DNA of 64,000 nt from the human T2T-CHM13v2.0 reference genome, Homo sapiens: the NCBI RefSeq assembly GCF_009914755.1, contig NC_060926.1; one strand, given 5' to 3'. Of the stretch, positions 29,296 to 43,419 are shown one piece after another (the stretch's first letter is position 1; every line of letters starts with the position of its first letter). Position numbers and translations under genes: made by a program. Below the pieces are notes generated by a model. The model was not told the origin of the DNA and did no database searches. It was given only the letters and a program-made list of their open reading frames with translations.

Positions 29296-29799
29296 ATAGC
29301 TATTTCTTATAAAAATGGGACTATGGGAAGTTTACTTGATATTTAACCAAAGGAATTATTTAATAAGAAATGTATCTCTGCAGTCATCTACATACATTGC
29401 CTTTGCAAAAGATATTACATATACTAGGCACACAATAAAAGTCAGAGAAATAAAGAAAAATAAGCAGATTGAAGAACAAGGAACTCAAAAATAAATAAAA
29501 AATGTACAGGTGTTCTTGGGTAGTAAATAGCATAAAGTAACAAAGCCCATGCTATTCTTAATAGGGAAACACCCAAAGCAGAAACATCTGTGCCTTTCCC
29601 ATTTTCAAATAAATTCAGTCTAGCAACATGATACAGATCGATTGATGCAGTTTGCATGGATGCAAAACATCTGCAGCTCTTAACAGACCTATTTCTAAGA
29701 ACTATATCTGGAGGTTAAGTGTTATGGAGCCTCTGGCTGCAGTCATCATTAAGTCCCAGATCTTTATAGAGAAAAAAAGTAAAAATGAAATTTGCATAA

Positions 29800-30421
29800 A
29801 ATAGTATCTATTTAATACTTTATTCATAATCACACCTATACATTTGTAAGTATTTCCTATGCTGTCCTACAAAATTGTGGTAATTAATCTTAAAGTAATC
29901 CTCTTTGAGCTATAAGTACTTATGCTCCATAAAGCAGAGGATTTTGTTTATTTCAGACAAAGGAGTGATTAAAAATGGAAATAAAACAAATTGAGAGAAA
30001 ACAGTGAAATGAAGTCAAGGAATTCATCAGCTAGAAATTAATATCTGTCTCCTGGGACAGCTGCCCATTACTAAATTCCTAAGAATTGGATTCGTTATAT
30101 TTACAGGCTGTGTAGACAAATATCTATTCACATTGTGTACATAAAAAAAAAAAAACCTTGAAAAAAAACCAACAAAGTTCCTCCGCATTGGAACTCTGCA
30201 GAAATAAGGTGAATGAACATATTGTCATGGGACTTGTATTGCAGAACTCTGAAACCGATGAGTAATAGGCACCATATATAGCCATAAAAATACAGATAGA
30301 AGTGGACTCAAAGAGATTTAACCATGTCTATAGATAGACAGCCTCATATACAACAGATAAAAAACAGGGTAAAGGGGTAATGCTTGAAACAGTATTTGAA
30401 TTTTTAGGAAAATATCTCCCT
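29800..30421 (-). other. Candidate 3'-terminal exon of an unidentified minus-strand transcript
   Basis: Minus strand: long poly-T then GCACAG acceptor before 30421; AATAAA at 29824-29819 followed by U-rich sequence. Signals only. Confidence 0.25.
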
Positions 30422-30584
30422 CTGTGCAAAAAAAAAAAAAAAAAAAAAAAAGGCACAAGTAAGTGAAGATATGCTGCCTGGTGACGACCATCTCTAAAGC
30501 CACACTGTGTAGCTGATCTGCACATTTTGAGCATCAGGATCATAAGTATAAATATGGACAAAGGCCTCCAAAACCCTACCTTTT

Positions 30585-31075
30585 TGTATCAACAGGCACT
30601 CCTATGTTCATTGCAACACTAGTCACAACAGAAAAGGTATATGATCAACCTAGATGCCCAGTGATGATGGCCTGAATAAACAAAATGTGGTACATATACT
30701 CGATGGAATCCTACACAGCCGTAACAAAGAATAAAATCATGTCCTTTCCAGCAACATGGATGCAGCTGGAGGCCATTATCTTAACCAATTACTGCAAGAA
30801 CAGAAATGCCAACCACATGTTCTCTAACTTACAAGTGGGAGATAAACATTGAGTGCACATGGACACAAACATGTGAATAGACACTAGGGCTTACTTGAGG
30901 GTGGAGGGTGAGAAAAGAATGAGAGTTGAAAAGCTACCTCTCGGGTACTATGTTCACTGCCTGGGTAATAAGCTCATTTGTACATCAAACCCTAGCGACA
31001 TGTGACTTACCCATAGAGCAAACCTGCACGTGTACCTAATGAACCTAAAATAAAGGTTGAAAAAGGAAAAAAAAT
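30585..31075 (+). mobile_element. L1PA15/16-like 3' end
   Basis: gcaacatggatgcagctggaggccattatc ... cttgagggtggagggtgag ... aacctgcacgtgtacc ... cctaaaataaagg. Confidence 0.85.
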
Positions 31076-31399
31076 TGCTAGTAAGAAGCTGAAATGAAAT
31101 GGCTACTTATTGAATATCTCTGGTCTGCAAGGTACCACGTTACTTCCTTTTGTTATCCTTGCAAATTTTTCAAGATTAAATAAACAGAAACTACATCTAA
31201 TCTATTCACTTCAGGGATGACACAGAAAGAAGAAAGAGGTGACACTTTAATGGGGTGACACAGAAAGCCATGTTTCTCCCCTAAGGAAAATATTCATTTT
31301 CATTTTGATACCAATTAGGAAGCGACTCTCCCAATTTGCCAAATATCTACCATGAGCACATTCAACATCAGTGAATTGATGATAACTTTTCATGAGTGG

Positions 31400-31716
31400 T
31401 ACAACTTCACAATTCCTTATCTGTACTTGTGAGATCCAAAAAGCTCTAAAAACAAAAGTGCTTTATAACATTTTTGGCAACAATACCTAACCTGAACTGA
31501 TATTTATAGGCCTTTCTAAAATTATACTTCATGTAACTATTCATTCATCTTGTCATAAACATGTTAAAATTAGATTGTGGGATCCTGCTCCACGCCACAC
31601 AGGAGCTGTTACATAATACGCAGTTTATGTCCATAATAATTTTCTAAAATCTAAAAATTCTGCTTTTAAAACACATTTAGCCCCAAAAGTTTCACATAAG
31701 GGATTCTGGATCTATA
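31400..31716. mobile_element. MER46C-like TcMar-Tigger MITE
   Basis: Terminal inverted cacaattccttat / ataagggattctgg; internal ctaaaatctaaaaattctg...aaacacatttagcccc. Confidence 0.65.
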
Positions 31717-33097
31717 CTACACATGATTTAAAACTTGGGATCTTCATTTGTCTAGTAAAATTATTTTAAAGAAGGACAGTGTTCAGAAAAAAATATTTAC
31801 TAAACTATCTAATCCATGTTAGATTTTTAAAGTTATATTGTAAAATAAGCTTTAATCCACAGATAATTTATCCTGCCTGCCAAATCCTTTATAATTATTT
31901 GTCAAGCCACCAAAAATATTATTCACATGTTCAGACAAATATTAATCATATTAATCACATTTTTAATATTAATTTGCAATTTTTGATTTCAGATGGCTCG
32001 TGTTAAATTGGTTTATTGTCAAGAGCTGATTTCGTTTTAAGTGGCAAATAGCCATTTGGAAAATTGTTATTTATTTTCTTTAGGATGTAGACACACAGGG
32101 GCTGGAGGCCAAATGATTTTTAGGCCAGGAATTATACTTCCTCCTTAACCACTTTGACAATGAGACTGTCTCTGATGAGCACTATAGGCTGGTGCTATGG
32201 ACCTTGAAGAAAGCAAATGAATATCGACTTGTGGTGATAAGATGGCATGCCTCAGGAGGATCTCCAGTATTCACAAAAGACAGAAACTGAGAAGTAATGA
32301 CACCTGCATCACTCCGTGAATAAAAAGGAGCTGTGGAATGTCAAGGGAGGATAGGAATTGCTAAGTGGGCAGTATACCCTTCATGCCCACAAAGAAATAG
32401 AAGAGATCTTTGAGTTCACTCGGTCTCAGACATCAGAAAAACAAGTGTGCAGTCCTCCAGACCCAGAGATTACAATGCTGTGAAGTCTCGCCTGGAAAAT
32501 ACAGTCTTGAAGAATGCCTGTGAATTTAATGAAATTGAGTAACATTTAACATTCTCATCAAAACAACCTTGCAATGATTTTCAGATTCTCAGATAATCCT
32601 ATTTACTGACTTTTTCAAATATAGCATGGGTTACTTTGGAATAGCAACTTAGTTAAAAAGACAATACAGATCTTAATTTTCTTGGATGTCCTTTCCTTGA
32701 AGTTTCAAAATCAATTGCTAGTATCCAAATAAAATTGATTAAATGTGAGTCACTATAATGTGGACCATTAGAGTTGATATTTATATTCTCTGGCAGCAGC
32801 CCTGTGAATAATAGGTAAAAGGAATGAGAACAATTCAATTGTCTAGGAATTCAGTTTGCCTTGAACAAACACAAAAATGGTGACTGACTATCAGAGCAGA
32901 ATCTGAATTATCCCCACATTGTAAATTAGGGCTAAAATATTTCCAAATAGCCTTACATTCATTTTCCCTTTTTAGTTATTCTGTTTAGGAATATTGGGTA
33001 CATTTATTTTTTCAATCAAAATATGCAAGACAGCTGGAAACTCCCAATAATAGCTCCACTTAGAGCTGAGCATAGATAGAAATTGTCCTTCATAGTT

Positions 33098-33247
33098 CAC
33101 TGGTGGCTCTTAACCAGAAGCAGCATCATTACCTGAGAATTTCATACAAAATTCTCACGCCCCATCTGAGACCTACTGATTGCAGGCCTCTAGAGGTAAA
33201 ACATTCCCTCCAGATGAATGAGGCACCTTCAAGTTTGGGAACCACTG
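33098..33247. mobile_element. MER5A-like hAT-Charlie MITE
   Basis: agcagcatcattacctgagaatt ... agacctactgat ... aagtttgggaaccactg. Confidence 0.7.
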
Positions 33248-34085
33248 ATTTGTATTATGAAATTCTATAAGGAACAGATGTACAGATTAGGAAATTGTCT
33301 GATCTCAGGAATTATTGGCTGATTTGGGGTTCTCTCTGCATAATAATCCATGATGTGTTAACACTGAATCTGAAGTCAATGTCCCCTCATGTCATCTTGA
33401 GTGGACACTCACAAAATGAACAAGAAACGGGGGCTATGTAGAACTGCCTGGCCATCCTTCTCAGAATGATATATGGATGACAAATTTCAGAAGGGCCTGG
33501 ATATATGGAAAAGTGCTCTAGACAGTGGGAAGCAAAGGACCCATTTCTCCAAAAACCACAAAGTCCGTGGCCCTGGGGGCCAGATTAATTAGGGGAGATC
33601 AATGCTCTCTAATTTACAAACTAGATGGTTACAGTCTGTGTAAATTCTGTATTTAACCTCCAATTAAGGGTCCTTTAGCATTTGAAATATTATTTTGAAA
33701 GTTTCAGCCTGTCTTCAACAGGCCAAAGTGAACTAAGGGCCAGAATGCAATAAAGAGCCTCACCACCTCAGGCCAGCATGGTAGCATGGAGGAAAAGAGT
33801 GTCACAAAACCTTAAGACAAAGTCAGAATTCAAGAAGGCAGGTGTCACAAAGTGAATGACCCTGATTTAGTAGACCTTTAATCCTATGCCTAACCTTGTC
33901 TGTTCTGCAAAACATTCTCTTATATCTGACAAAATCCAGTGAACCTGCATTCCACAGTGTTGATGGTCGAATCATCCTTTTAGTTTCAATGAAGAAGTAG
34001 AATTCACAGTGAAGGAACTCAGCAAGAAGTTGAATGATGTAGCTTCATCCACTAGCAGACAGCAGGTCAGATTCCCACAGCTTAC

Positions 34086-34184
34086 CATGACCTCACTGTA
34101 CCCAGGTCCATGGCTGCTTGATGAATGGCCGATCCTCCCTAGATGCTGCCTGGTTAAAATTGACTCAGAGAAGTGAGACTGAAT
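34086..34184 (-). other. Candidate 99-nt internal exon (coding or lncRNA, unidentified)
   Basis: Minus strand: tctcttttctgttattttttctgtgctcaccttctctgtag acceptor; ATG/GTAAGC donor; one open frame IQSHFSESILTRQHLGRIGHSSSSHGPGYSEVM; apparently non-repeat DNA. Confidence 0.45.
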
Positions 34185-36254
34185 CTACAGAGAAGGTGAG
34201 CACAGAAAAAATAACAGAAAAGAGAGACACATCGACCCAAAAGGCAAAGCAGACTTGAACCACTTCGTTTCAGAATAAAAAGAGCTCTTATACGAAAAGA
34301 ACATGAGGATATTATAGCATCACAGAAGAACAAAGCAACTGTTTAACAAAGATATGACTCCAATTAAGGTGACAAGAAATACAAATTATGAAATTAGAGA
34401 GGGGTATTGCAGCTCAAATGTAGGTTCCAAATCAACTTAATTCTAGAAAATTAAAGTTTTAAATTTTTATAATGTAAACATGATCTTGGTGTACACTGCA
34501 TGTTATATCAGGAACTTAATATGTTTATAATAAATTGTCAATATTAATGTAAAATTAGCACTCAAAGTGAAATAATTTTTTTCCAATTCTATTATTAAAT
34601 GTGCTCAGCAGCACAGTACCTCTTCCTAATACCAATATTCATAAACACACTCCCACACAATTTTTGTCTTTCATTCTATTTTCTATCAAAAGAAATCAGT
34701 GATCCTTGGAGAGTACTTGTTTCAATGTCCTGCTAAGAAAGAAAATCGAGATGATCGAGGAGTATTTTATTATTTGTCATAAACCAAAGAAAACATAATC
34801 TGATATATGTTTGTAAAGTTGCCAAAGTGAAAAGTGAACTAAAATAAATGGACACCCACTGGCCAACTTGACCATTTGTACATACACTTAATTAGAGTAG
34901 TTATCTGAACAAAAGCTATCAGTCAAAGTGGCAAATGAAGGAAGGGCAAGTAAAATTTTCCAAAATACATTTTACAGGAAAAGCTGGATGATATGCAATT
35001 AAAATTACCAGTATATCCTGTTCACTTTTTGGTTACTACCTAGGCCTATAAATCACAGAATTCAACCTAAAGCCTTAAAAATAAACTTAAACATTAGGTC
35101 AGAGTTATATATAAATTATAGGACCCTGAGTCGTGTAATCCTGATGAAGTAAAATCTAAAAGTACATTATTTCGAGAAAGAGAAAATCATGTGATTGGCT
35201 AAGACTAGGAAACCCCAACATAAGGTCATCACCTCAAAACTTACATTTTAAATTATTTTGCGGTAAGTAGGGAGGTCAGCTATGCAATGAATCGTCTTGG
35301 AATCATCCTTGATCTAACATCAGCATATCTGAGACAATGAGAATTCTTTCTCTTTGGGAACCGATAAGATTATTGTAACAGCCTACACACACACACTGAC
35401 ACACACGATCAGTCTGATGGCAATAATATTTTTGTTCTATATTTTTGCCAATGCTTTCGAAATTATTATCAGATTTAAATGTTTTCAGGTGTTTGAAATA
35501 CTTAAAATGCATTTTATTAGTTTCATAAGACTAATCTATTTACTTTATGAAATATATTTCAGTATTCACAGTTAATTTTAACTGATAGTTTTGTAAGTTG
35601 ATTTTTAGGGATTTTAAGAGTATAAGAGAATCTTACAGACTTGTGATTTTAGTTTAGCAGGATTTTATTAATTTAATAATCAGACCTTAAAATTTAAGAA
35701 AAACTAATCTATTCACTACATACTTAACATGTTTAATAATTAAACTATTGTTTACTGAAATTACAAGTCAAATTCATTGACCATAAATCAAGATCAAAGT
35801 GTTTACGAAAGGTCCTCCATGATGTACAAAAAGCCTTTGGCAGTAAAGAGCTTTTACCAGATCTGAATCATGAAGGGGAGTTTACATTTCCTTATAACAT
35901 TTTCTTTAAAGGATACAGGAATGTAGAATATGTTTTTGAAAAGTAATTCTATAAAAAGTAATGAAAACAGATTTTTTGTTCTTAAAGGAATATTTGTCAA
36001 TTATTTGGAAAATGCATGCATATGAAACACTTCATTCCCTACCAATATGGGATAAATGAAGTGCTGCTGGTACTCACTGGTTGGTTTATTGAAGGCATCC
36101 ATCATATAACGATGCTTTCTTAATAAATTTGCACATCTGAAATAACAACCTGCTACTTTTCTAGCAATTTTCAGACATAGCCTAAATTTCCAATGTGAAC
36201 TAATTTAAAAAAGCATGAACAAAAGTTTCTATTGAGAAATCAAGGTATTCTTCT

Positions 36255-36430
36255 AGGCTTGTAGAATCATAAAGCTGGAAGAAACTTTAGAAATCATCCT
36301 AGCCCAATAACCTCATTTTACAGGTAAAAGAACTAGACAAAGAAAGTTGATTGATTTATCTATTTTTACAGCTAGTTAGTAAAGAGAAGACTGTATCAAT
36401 ATCTTATAACTCCCAATCTTATGGTTTTTT
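36255..36430. mobile_element. MIR SINE fragment
   Basis: agctggaagaaactttagaaatcatcctagcccaataacctcattttacaggtaaaagaact. Confidence 0.7.
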
Positions 36431-36957
36431 CCAATTAGGGGTCCTCATTTTAGTTTATATACAGCTGTCATTTTAGTCCACAAGATTCTATTTCTCTCTA
36501 TTGACAAGGAAAAAAAATCTACTATGAGAAAATACCTACTCTGAAAGAGACTCTCTGTATAGCTCTGCCCTCCTGAATTGCATGTCCAAATTGCATTGGA
36601 AAAAAATGAGGTAATCATACTAGTAATAATAGTAATGGTTATTACTATTTATTTCTACTGACAGTGTGACATTGTGCTTCCTCCATCCATTCATGTTTCT
36701 GACATCAATCTTTGGATTTTAGCCTCCACAATATCTCGTGAGATCACTAGCAGAAGGCCTCATTATCCCCATTTTACATAGGACACCAAGGCAGGTGGGC
36801 CTTTCTAAAAGACTACCAATTCATATCTCTATGGGGCCACAGAGTTGGAAATCAATACATAGTAACTCCAATTGAAAGAACAGAGGAAGTGATGGAAATT
36901 TGGCACCTGAAGAGTTTATGCCCATGTAAAATACATTCAATCATATTACACATACAT

Positions 36958-36961
<4 letters not shown>

Positions 36962-36996
<35 letters not shown>
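36962..36996. repeat. (TG)n microsatellite
   Basis: About 17 perfect TG units. Confidence 0.97.
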
Positions 36997-36999
<3 letters not shown>

Positions 37000-37840
37000 A
37001 ATACTCAAGGACCACATAACTATGCTTCAGTCAATGACTGACTGGGGATATACAACACTGGGCCCTTAAGGTTATAATGGAGCTGAAATATTCCTATCAT
37101 CTAGTGACATCTTGTTGATTCTGACCCTATGAAAGCTTAGGCTAATGTGTGTGTTGGTGTCTTGGTCTTTAACAAAAAAGTTTAAAAACTAAAAAAAATA
37201 AAAATAAAAATTTTTTAAATATAAAAAAACTTATCGAATAAGGATATAAAGAAGTATTTTTGTACAGCTGTACAATGTGTTTGTGTTTTAAGCTAAGTGT
37301 TATCCTAAAAGAGTCAAAATGTTTAAAAAATTTAAAATTTAGAATGCACAAAAGTTGTAGTAAGCTAAGATGAATTTATTATTGAAGAAAAAGATTGTAA
37401 CTAAATTTAGGTTTACCTAAGAGTACTGTGTTCATAAAGTTTACAGTAGTGTACAATAATGTCCTAGGCCTTCACTTTCACTCACCATTCACTCACTGAC
37501 TCATCCAGAGTGACTTCCAGTACAGCAAGCTCCATTCATGGTACTTGCCCTATACAGGTATACTATTTTTTTAATCATTTATAGTTCATTTTCACTGTAT
37601 CATTTGTATGTTTAGATACACAAATACTTATCATTGTGTTATAATTGCCTACAGTATTCAGTACAGTAACACTGTGTACAGGTTTACAGCCTATAAGCAA
37701 TAGGTCATACTACACAGCCTAGGTATGTAGTAGGCTGTACCATCTAGGTTTGCCTAAATGCACTCAACGGATGATGATGACATCGTCGAATAACTCATTT
37801 CTCAGTATGTATCCCTGACATTAAGCAGCACATGGCTCTA
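37000..37840. mobile_element. Tigger3(b)/Golem-type TcMar-Tigger non-autonomous element
   Basis: ttataatggagctgaaatattcctatcatctagtgacat; caagctccattcatggta; gtagtaggctgtaccatctaggtttg; tctcagtatgtatccctgacattaagc. Confidence 0.85.
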
Positions 37841-37997
37841 TCTAGATATTTATATATACGTATGTATGTATACATTAAAGGTATATTTCACAGAGAGAAA
37901 GATAGAAAGATAGACTATATAGACTGTTCAGGCCAAACACTATGGTTAGCCTTTTCACATATGGTCTTCACTTTCTGCTATAGAGTGTTATCCTAGA

Positions 37998-38798
37998 ATA
38001 GCAACTCTCAATGTTTTTTTCTTCAGGATCTCTTAAAATTTATTGAGGACCCCAAAAAGCTTTTCTTTATATGAGTTACATCTGTAGATATTTACCATAG
38101 TAGAAATCAAAACTAAGAAACTGCAAAATATAAATTACTAATATATTTTAAATTACTAATAAATTTCACATTAACACAAATAACATAGTTTATGAAAAGT
38201 AACTATGTTGTTCAAAATAAAAACAAAGAAAAGTTGCATAGCATCTTTTATATTTTTGTAAATCTCTTTATTTTTTAATTTTTTGTTGGTTTGTTTTTTG
38301 ACGTAAAGTCTCACTCTGTCACCCAGGCAGGAGTGCAGTGGTGCCATCTCAGCTCACTGCACCTCAGCCTCCCAGGGTCAACTGATTCTCCTGCCTCAGT
38401 CTCCTGAGTAGCTGGGATTATAGGCACATGCCACCATGCCCGGTTAATTTTTGTACTTTTAGTAGGATGGGGTTTCACCATATTGGCCAGGCTGGTCTCA
38501 AACTCCTGACCTCAAGCGATCTACCCACCTCGGACACCCAAAGTACTAGGATTACAGGCCTGAGCCACCATGCCCGGCCGTAATCTCTTTAAAATATGTG
38601 TTAATAGAAGACAGCTGGATTCTCATATCTGCTTCTGCATTAAATCTGTTGTTTTGATTGATGTACAGGAAAAATTCTGGACTCCCAAGGTAGTAGTTGG
38701 AAAAGGGAGGGCTTCATAAGCCCCCCAGAAGTGTCTTGTGGACCCCCTGAAAATGCTTCCAGATCCCCAGTCCTCAGATCACACCTTGGGAACTACTG
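37998..38798. mobile_element. Charlie4a-like hAT element interrupted by an Alu
   Basis: ttattgaggaccccaaaaagctttt ... aatagaagacagctggattctcatatctgcttctgcatt ... ttgggaactactg. Confidence 0.7.
38271..38579 (-). mobile_element. AluS (Sx/Sz-like)
   Basis: Full dimer; AATCTCTTTA duplicated on both sides. Confidence 0.93.
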
Positions 38799-39627
38799 TC
38801 TGTCACCCTACAGTAAGGGAGGAAACAACAGCAGAACTTCATGTTAGCTCAGACCAGCTGCAGATGCTCATCTGAACTTTGAGAATGGTCAAATAAAAGT
38901 AAAACCTGATGGAACACCACTGTGACTGTCTATGCTTTCCTGTTTTGGAGATAGGTCTGCCACAGGACTTCATATTTCTGCCAGAGATCCATGCATACTT
39001 CTCTTTGTTCTATGTTTGACACTGTAATAAGCAACAGCCATTGCTACACACCCTTTGTTAATTTCATCAAAATTTCTATCTGTATATATCTATGTCTATA
39101 CCTATCTCTATCTTTCTATCTATATAAAATCATGGGCTGCCAACAGTACACTATAAACTAGAAGAATTTTTGCATATCTTTAAAAGAAAATTCCTCTGTA
39201 GCTCACTCTGAGTTGTTCATCGGTAAGGAAGAGGCCTACTAAAGCGAAGATATAACCAAAATAAAGAGCTGAAGAATGACACCTTAAATACATGTCATCA
39301 GTGAAGGCAAATATAGTCCTGCCCATCAAAATCCCACACTCCATTTTAGGAATAGAGCAAGTATACAAATACGTGGTAGAAAGAGTTGGCTGCCGTGTCA
39401 AAAGTCAGGCAGGCTCATAGACTTGTACTTTCTTTCAGAGCTTCATTATGACAACCACAATTACATGCTTTCTAGTACTCAGTCAAGGCTGTAAGCCTTC
39501 CTGTAAAGATGAGCTATGAAAAAAAAATCCAAGGCTGCTCAGAGATTGCAACAGATCATTACCATTTCCTCCCACTTCTCATAGACTATGCTTGACAGAG
39601 AAGTATGATATTGGTATCTTTCCAAAT

Positions 39628-39637
39628 TATGCACATG

Positions 39638-39680
<43 letters not shown>
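39628..39680. repeat. (GC)n(AC)n alternating purine-pyrimidine microsatellite
   Basis: tatgcacatgcgcgcgcacacacac...cacat. Confidence 0.95.
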
Positions 39681-40809
39681 CATAAGCCTGAAAAGTAAAC
39701 AACCTTCAGTCCTTTTGTCTTGGGTGGCAATATCAATTCCTCACAATTAAAAGAAAAAAGTCTCTACATGGTACTCTTCAAACTCCAAACAGCGCTGGCT
39801 GGCCACTATTTCAAAAGAAAGTATATTTGTCATTGTCAAACTTGTTTACATGAATCAAGCAACAACATCACCACAGGAGGACTATCATATTGTTTTCTTC
39901 CCCCTCCTTCTCTTCCAGGTTTCAAAGCAAGGTCTATGATACTGAAAATGCATTTAAGTAGGTTTAAATAAGACTTTTTTTTCCCCTAAAAGCAGGTGGA
40001 TTTTAATAACATCCCCCAGTTCACAAGCACTCAATTCTGTAAGTGTTGTAAACAGAGGCGAGATGGGAGGGATAGTGTAGTGTGTTTGGAGAGGAGTATC
40101 TGCATTTTCCTTTTTTTCAGCTGAGCTGACACTTCATATTTTCATTTACCTTTGTTTATTTCTGCATATCTTCACAAATGCAAAAACTCATGCATTCAGA
40201 TTTTGCAAGCCACTGCTAAGTGGTGGTTATTTTGTTATGTCTTTGGAAAAATATTTCCCAGCAGATTTGGATGATATGTAAAACCTGATCTGCTGTAACC
40301 CAGTCTTTCTTTGGCTTTTTATAATATCTGTGGTAATAATCAAGAAAAGATTCAAAACAGATTTGTTTGCCATAAAGTCTGACTATATGGCCTATGGTAT
40401 GCAGAATGATTAAAAAAAAAAAACAACTGAGGACACATACCAGAATTTACTGTCTAAAACTGGTGTCACTGAAACAGACAAATGTTTGCAAAAATAATAC
40501 TGTGTTATCATTAATTAAAGGAGGGTGGGTTTTTAGTCCAGCCTGTCTTATAAGTTATTTTAAAAGAACGAGAGGTTCAGAATAATCATTAATTCTTTTA
40601 CCAAATATTTTAATATTGCTGAGCTAAATATCTGTGACCTATGTAAATTATTTAGCCTGTTTGAACCTCAGTATAAAAGTAACAATTGCTTTGATACTAA
40701 CTGGATGTTTTACCTCAGACAATAATAATAGATAATAACTGCAATGTGTTTTGCACTATAAAAATACCTTTGCATTCATTATCTTGGTCTTTTTAGAGAT
40801 TTTTGTCTG

Positions 40810-40938
40810 CTTTTGTCAGAAAAAAATGCAGTATGTCTACTTAAATTTGAATTTTATTCGATAAATTTTATTTTTAGTATAATTATGCCCCAAGCATGGA
40901 ACACGCTGTATTTTTATTTGCCATATCTGACAACTCTA
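40810..40938. mobile_element. Internally deleted MER53
   Basis: ttaaatttgaatttt ... tttttagtataattatgccccaa ... ctgtatttttatttgccatatctgacaactcta. Confidence 0.7.
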
Positions 40939-41564
40939 TACTTGGAACAGCTGAGGCAGAGCGTTAGGCAACTTACCTGACATCACCCAGGTTTTTGACC
41001 CTATTCTTTTGACTCCATATCTAGTGGGATTTCACCGTGCTACCAATGCACTCAGGCTCTCTGAAACTCAATTTTTTATTCTTCGGAAAGAAACAAAACA
41101 ATTTATAAAATATGATAAAAATGGGTCCAAACCAGGTAACTATGAAAGTTCCTTCCATTTGTGAGAGACTGTGTTCATAGGGAAGGATGAGGGTAACGTG
41201 GAACAATGCTACAGCTATTACAAAGACAGCATTAGTCAAGGTTCCTGGTTGTAATAAACAGAACCCATTGCACCTCATTAAGCAAAAAAAGAATGCTAAA
41301 ATGCAAAGTAGCTTACAACAAATCCTGGGAATCCAGAGAATTAGGCTTGGAGGCACTAGAGCTAGGGGCAGTCCCCAAACTCACCATTATGACTGCCCAG
41401 TAAAGACCACAGTTCCACTGCCACTGAGCACAAGCTTTGCAACTCATATGGTCAATGCTGGGAATAGGTTACCCTCACAGATACTGACCTCTGCTGCTTC
41501 TGAATGTGCCACGTTTCTCCACCTCCCTCTACCATCCTCACTGGGGTAGATCTCACTAGGGTAG

Positions 41565-41881
<317 letters not shown>

Positions 41882-42145
41882 TGAGATCTGAGCTTGACTT
41901 GATTTTTCTTTGTTGGAAAATATTTCATTAGATTACAGCATTTGTTGTACATTTATTTTAACATTTGTTTACTTTTTTAGTCACTTTGGTAATTTGCATC
42001 TTTGTAGAAACATATCCATTTAATGTAAGTTATGCAATTTGTGGGCATACAGTTGTTCATAGTTCCTTTTTAATATTTTTAATTTCAGAAGGTTTAGTGA
42101 TAATGACTTTTTTAATTTCAGATTTTAGTGATTTGTGTCTTCTCC
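41882..42145 (-). mobile_element. Internal L1M ORF2 fragment between two Alus
   Basis: Minus-strand translation KGRRHKSLKSEIKKVIITKPSEIKNIKKEL resembles the L1 ORF2p linker region. Confidence 0.6.
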
Positions 42146-42431
<286 letters not shown>

Positions 42432-42659
42432 GCATCATCTTCTTATGTCATTCTTCTCTAAATCGAAATCTCCAATAAGGTCTAATTGGTGCTGCCGAGG
42501 TTATATTACTATTATGTCTAAATTTAAGAAAAGAACAGAAAAACAAACCGCTGGTTTTTACCCCAGACAGACAAAACTCACAGTGGGAGATTCCCCACAC
42601 ATAGGGAAGGTGCTCAGTAAGTACTGGAGGGCAGAGAAAACATGTCACATGTTGAATTC

Positions 42660-43419
42660 TGACATGGTTTAGATCTGTGTTCCCCCCAAATTTCATGCCA
42701 AATTGTAGTCCCCAGTGTTGAAGGTGGGGTCTAGAAGGAGGTGGGTGAATCATGGGGGTGGATTTCTCATGAATGGGGAAGCACCATCCTCTTGGTGCTG
42801 TTCTCATCATTGTAAGTGAGTTCTCACAAGATATGATTGTTTAAAAGTGTGTAGCACCTGCTCCTTCACTCTCTCTTGCTCCTGCTCCTGCCATGTGAGA
42901 CACCTTACCCACACCTTTGCCTTCCACCTATATTAGAAGCTTCTCGAGGCCTCCCCAGAAGCAGAAGCCTTCCTGTACAGCCTGCTTCCTGTACAGCCTG
43001 CAGAATTGTGAACCAATTAAACCCCTTTCCTTTATAAATAACCCAATAACCCAGTCTCAGGTCTTTCTTACTTTTCTTTTCTTTTCTTTTCTTCTTTTTT
43101 TGATGGAGTGTCACTCTGTTGCCCAGGCTGGAGTGCAGTGGCACGATCTTGGCTCACTCCAACCTTTGCCTTCTGGGTTCAAGTGATTCTCCTGCCCCAG
43201 CATCTGAGTAGCTGGGACTACATGCACGTGCCACCACGCCCAGCTAATTTTTGTATTTTTAGTAGAAACGGTGTTTCACCATATTGCCCAGGCTGGTCTA
43301 GAACTCCTGCCCTCATGATCCACTGGTCTCGGCCTCCCAAAGTGCTGGGATTACAGGCATGACCCACTGTGCCCAGTCTCGGGTATTTCTCTATAGCAGC
43401 ACAAGAATGGACTAATACA
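42660..43419 (+). mobile_element. MSTA-like MaLR solo LTR interrupted by an Alu
   Basis: tgacatggtttagatctgtgttcccc ... ttgtttaaaagtgtgtagcacc ... ccaattaaacccctttcctttataaa ... tatagcagcacaagaatggactaataca. Confidence 0.9.
43071..43378 (-). mobile_element. AluS inserted in the MSTA LTR
   Basis: Full dimer with (CTTTT)n tail; TSD-like tc(a/g)ggt(c/a)tttct. Confidence 0.93.

Noticed and set aside
39919-39957. Possible 39-nt plus-strand micro-exon after a strong pyrimidine tract and CAG
   Set aside because: The donor (TAA/GTAGGT) is weak and the peptide is unrecognised; not enough to call.
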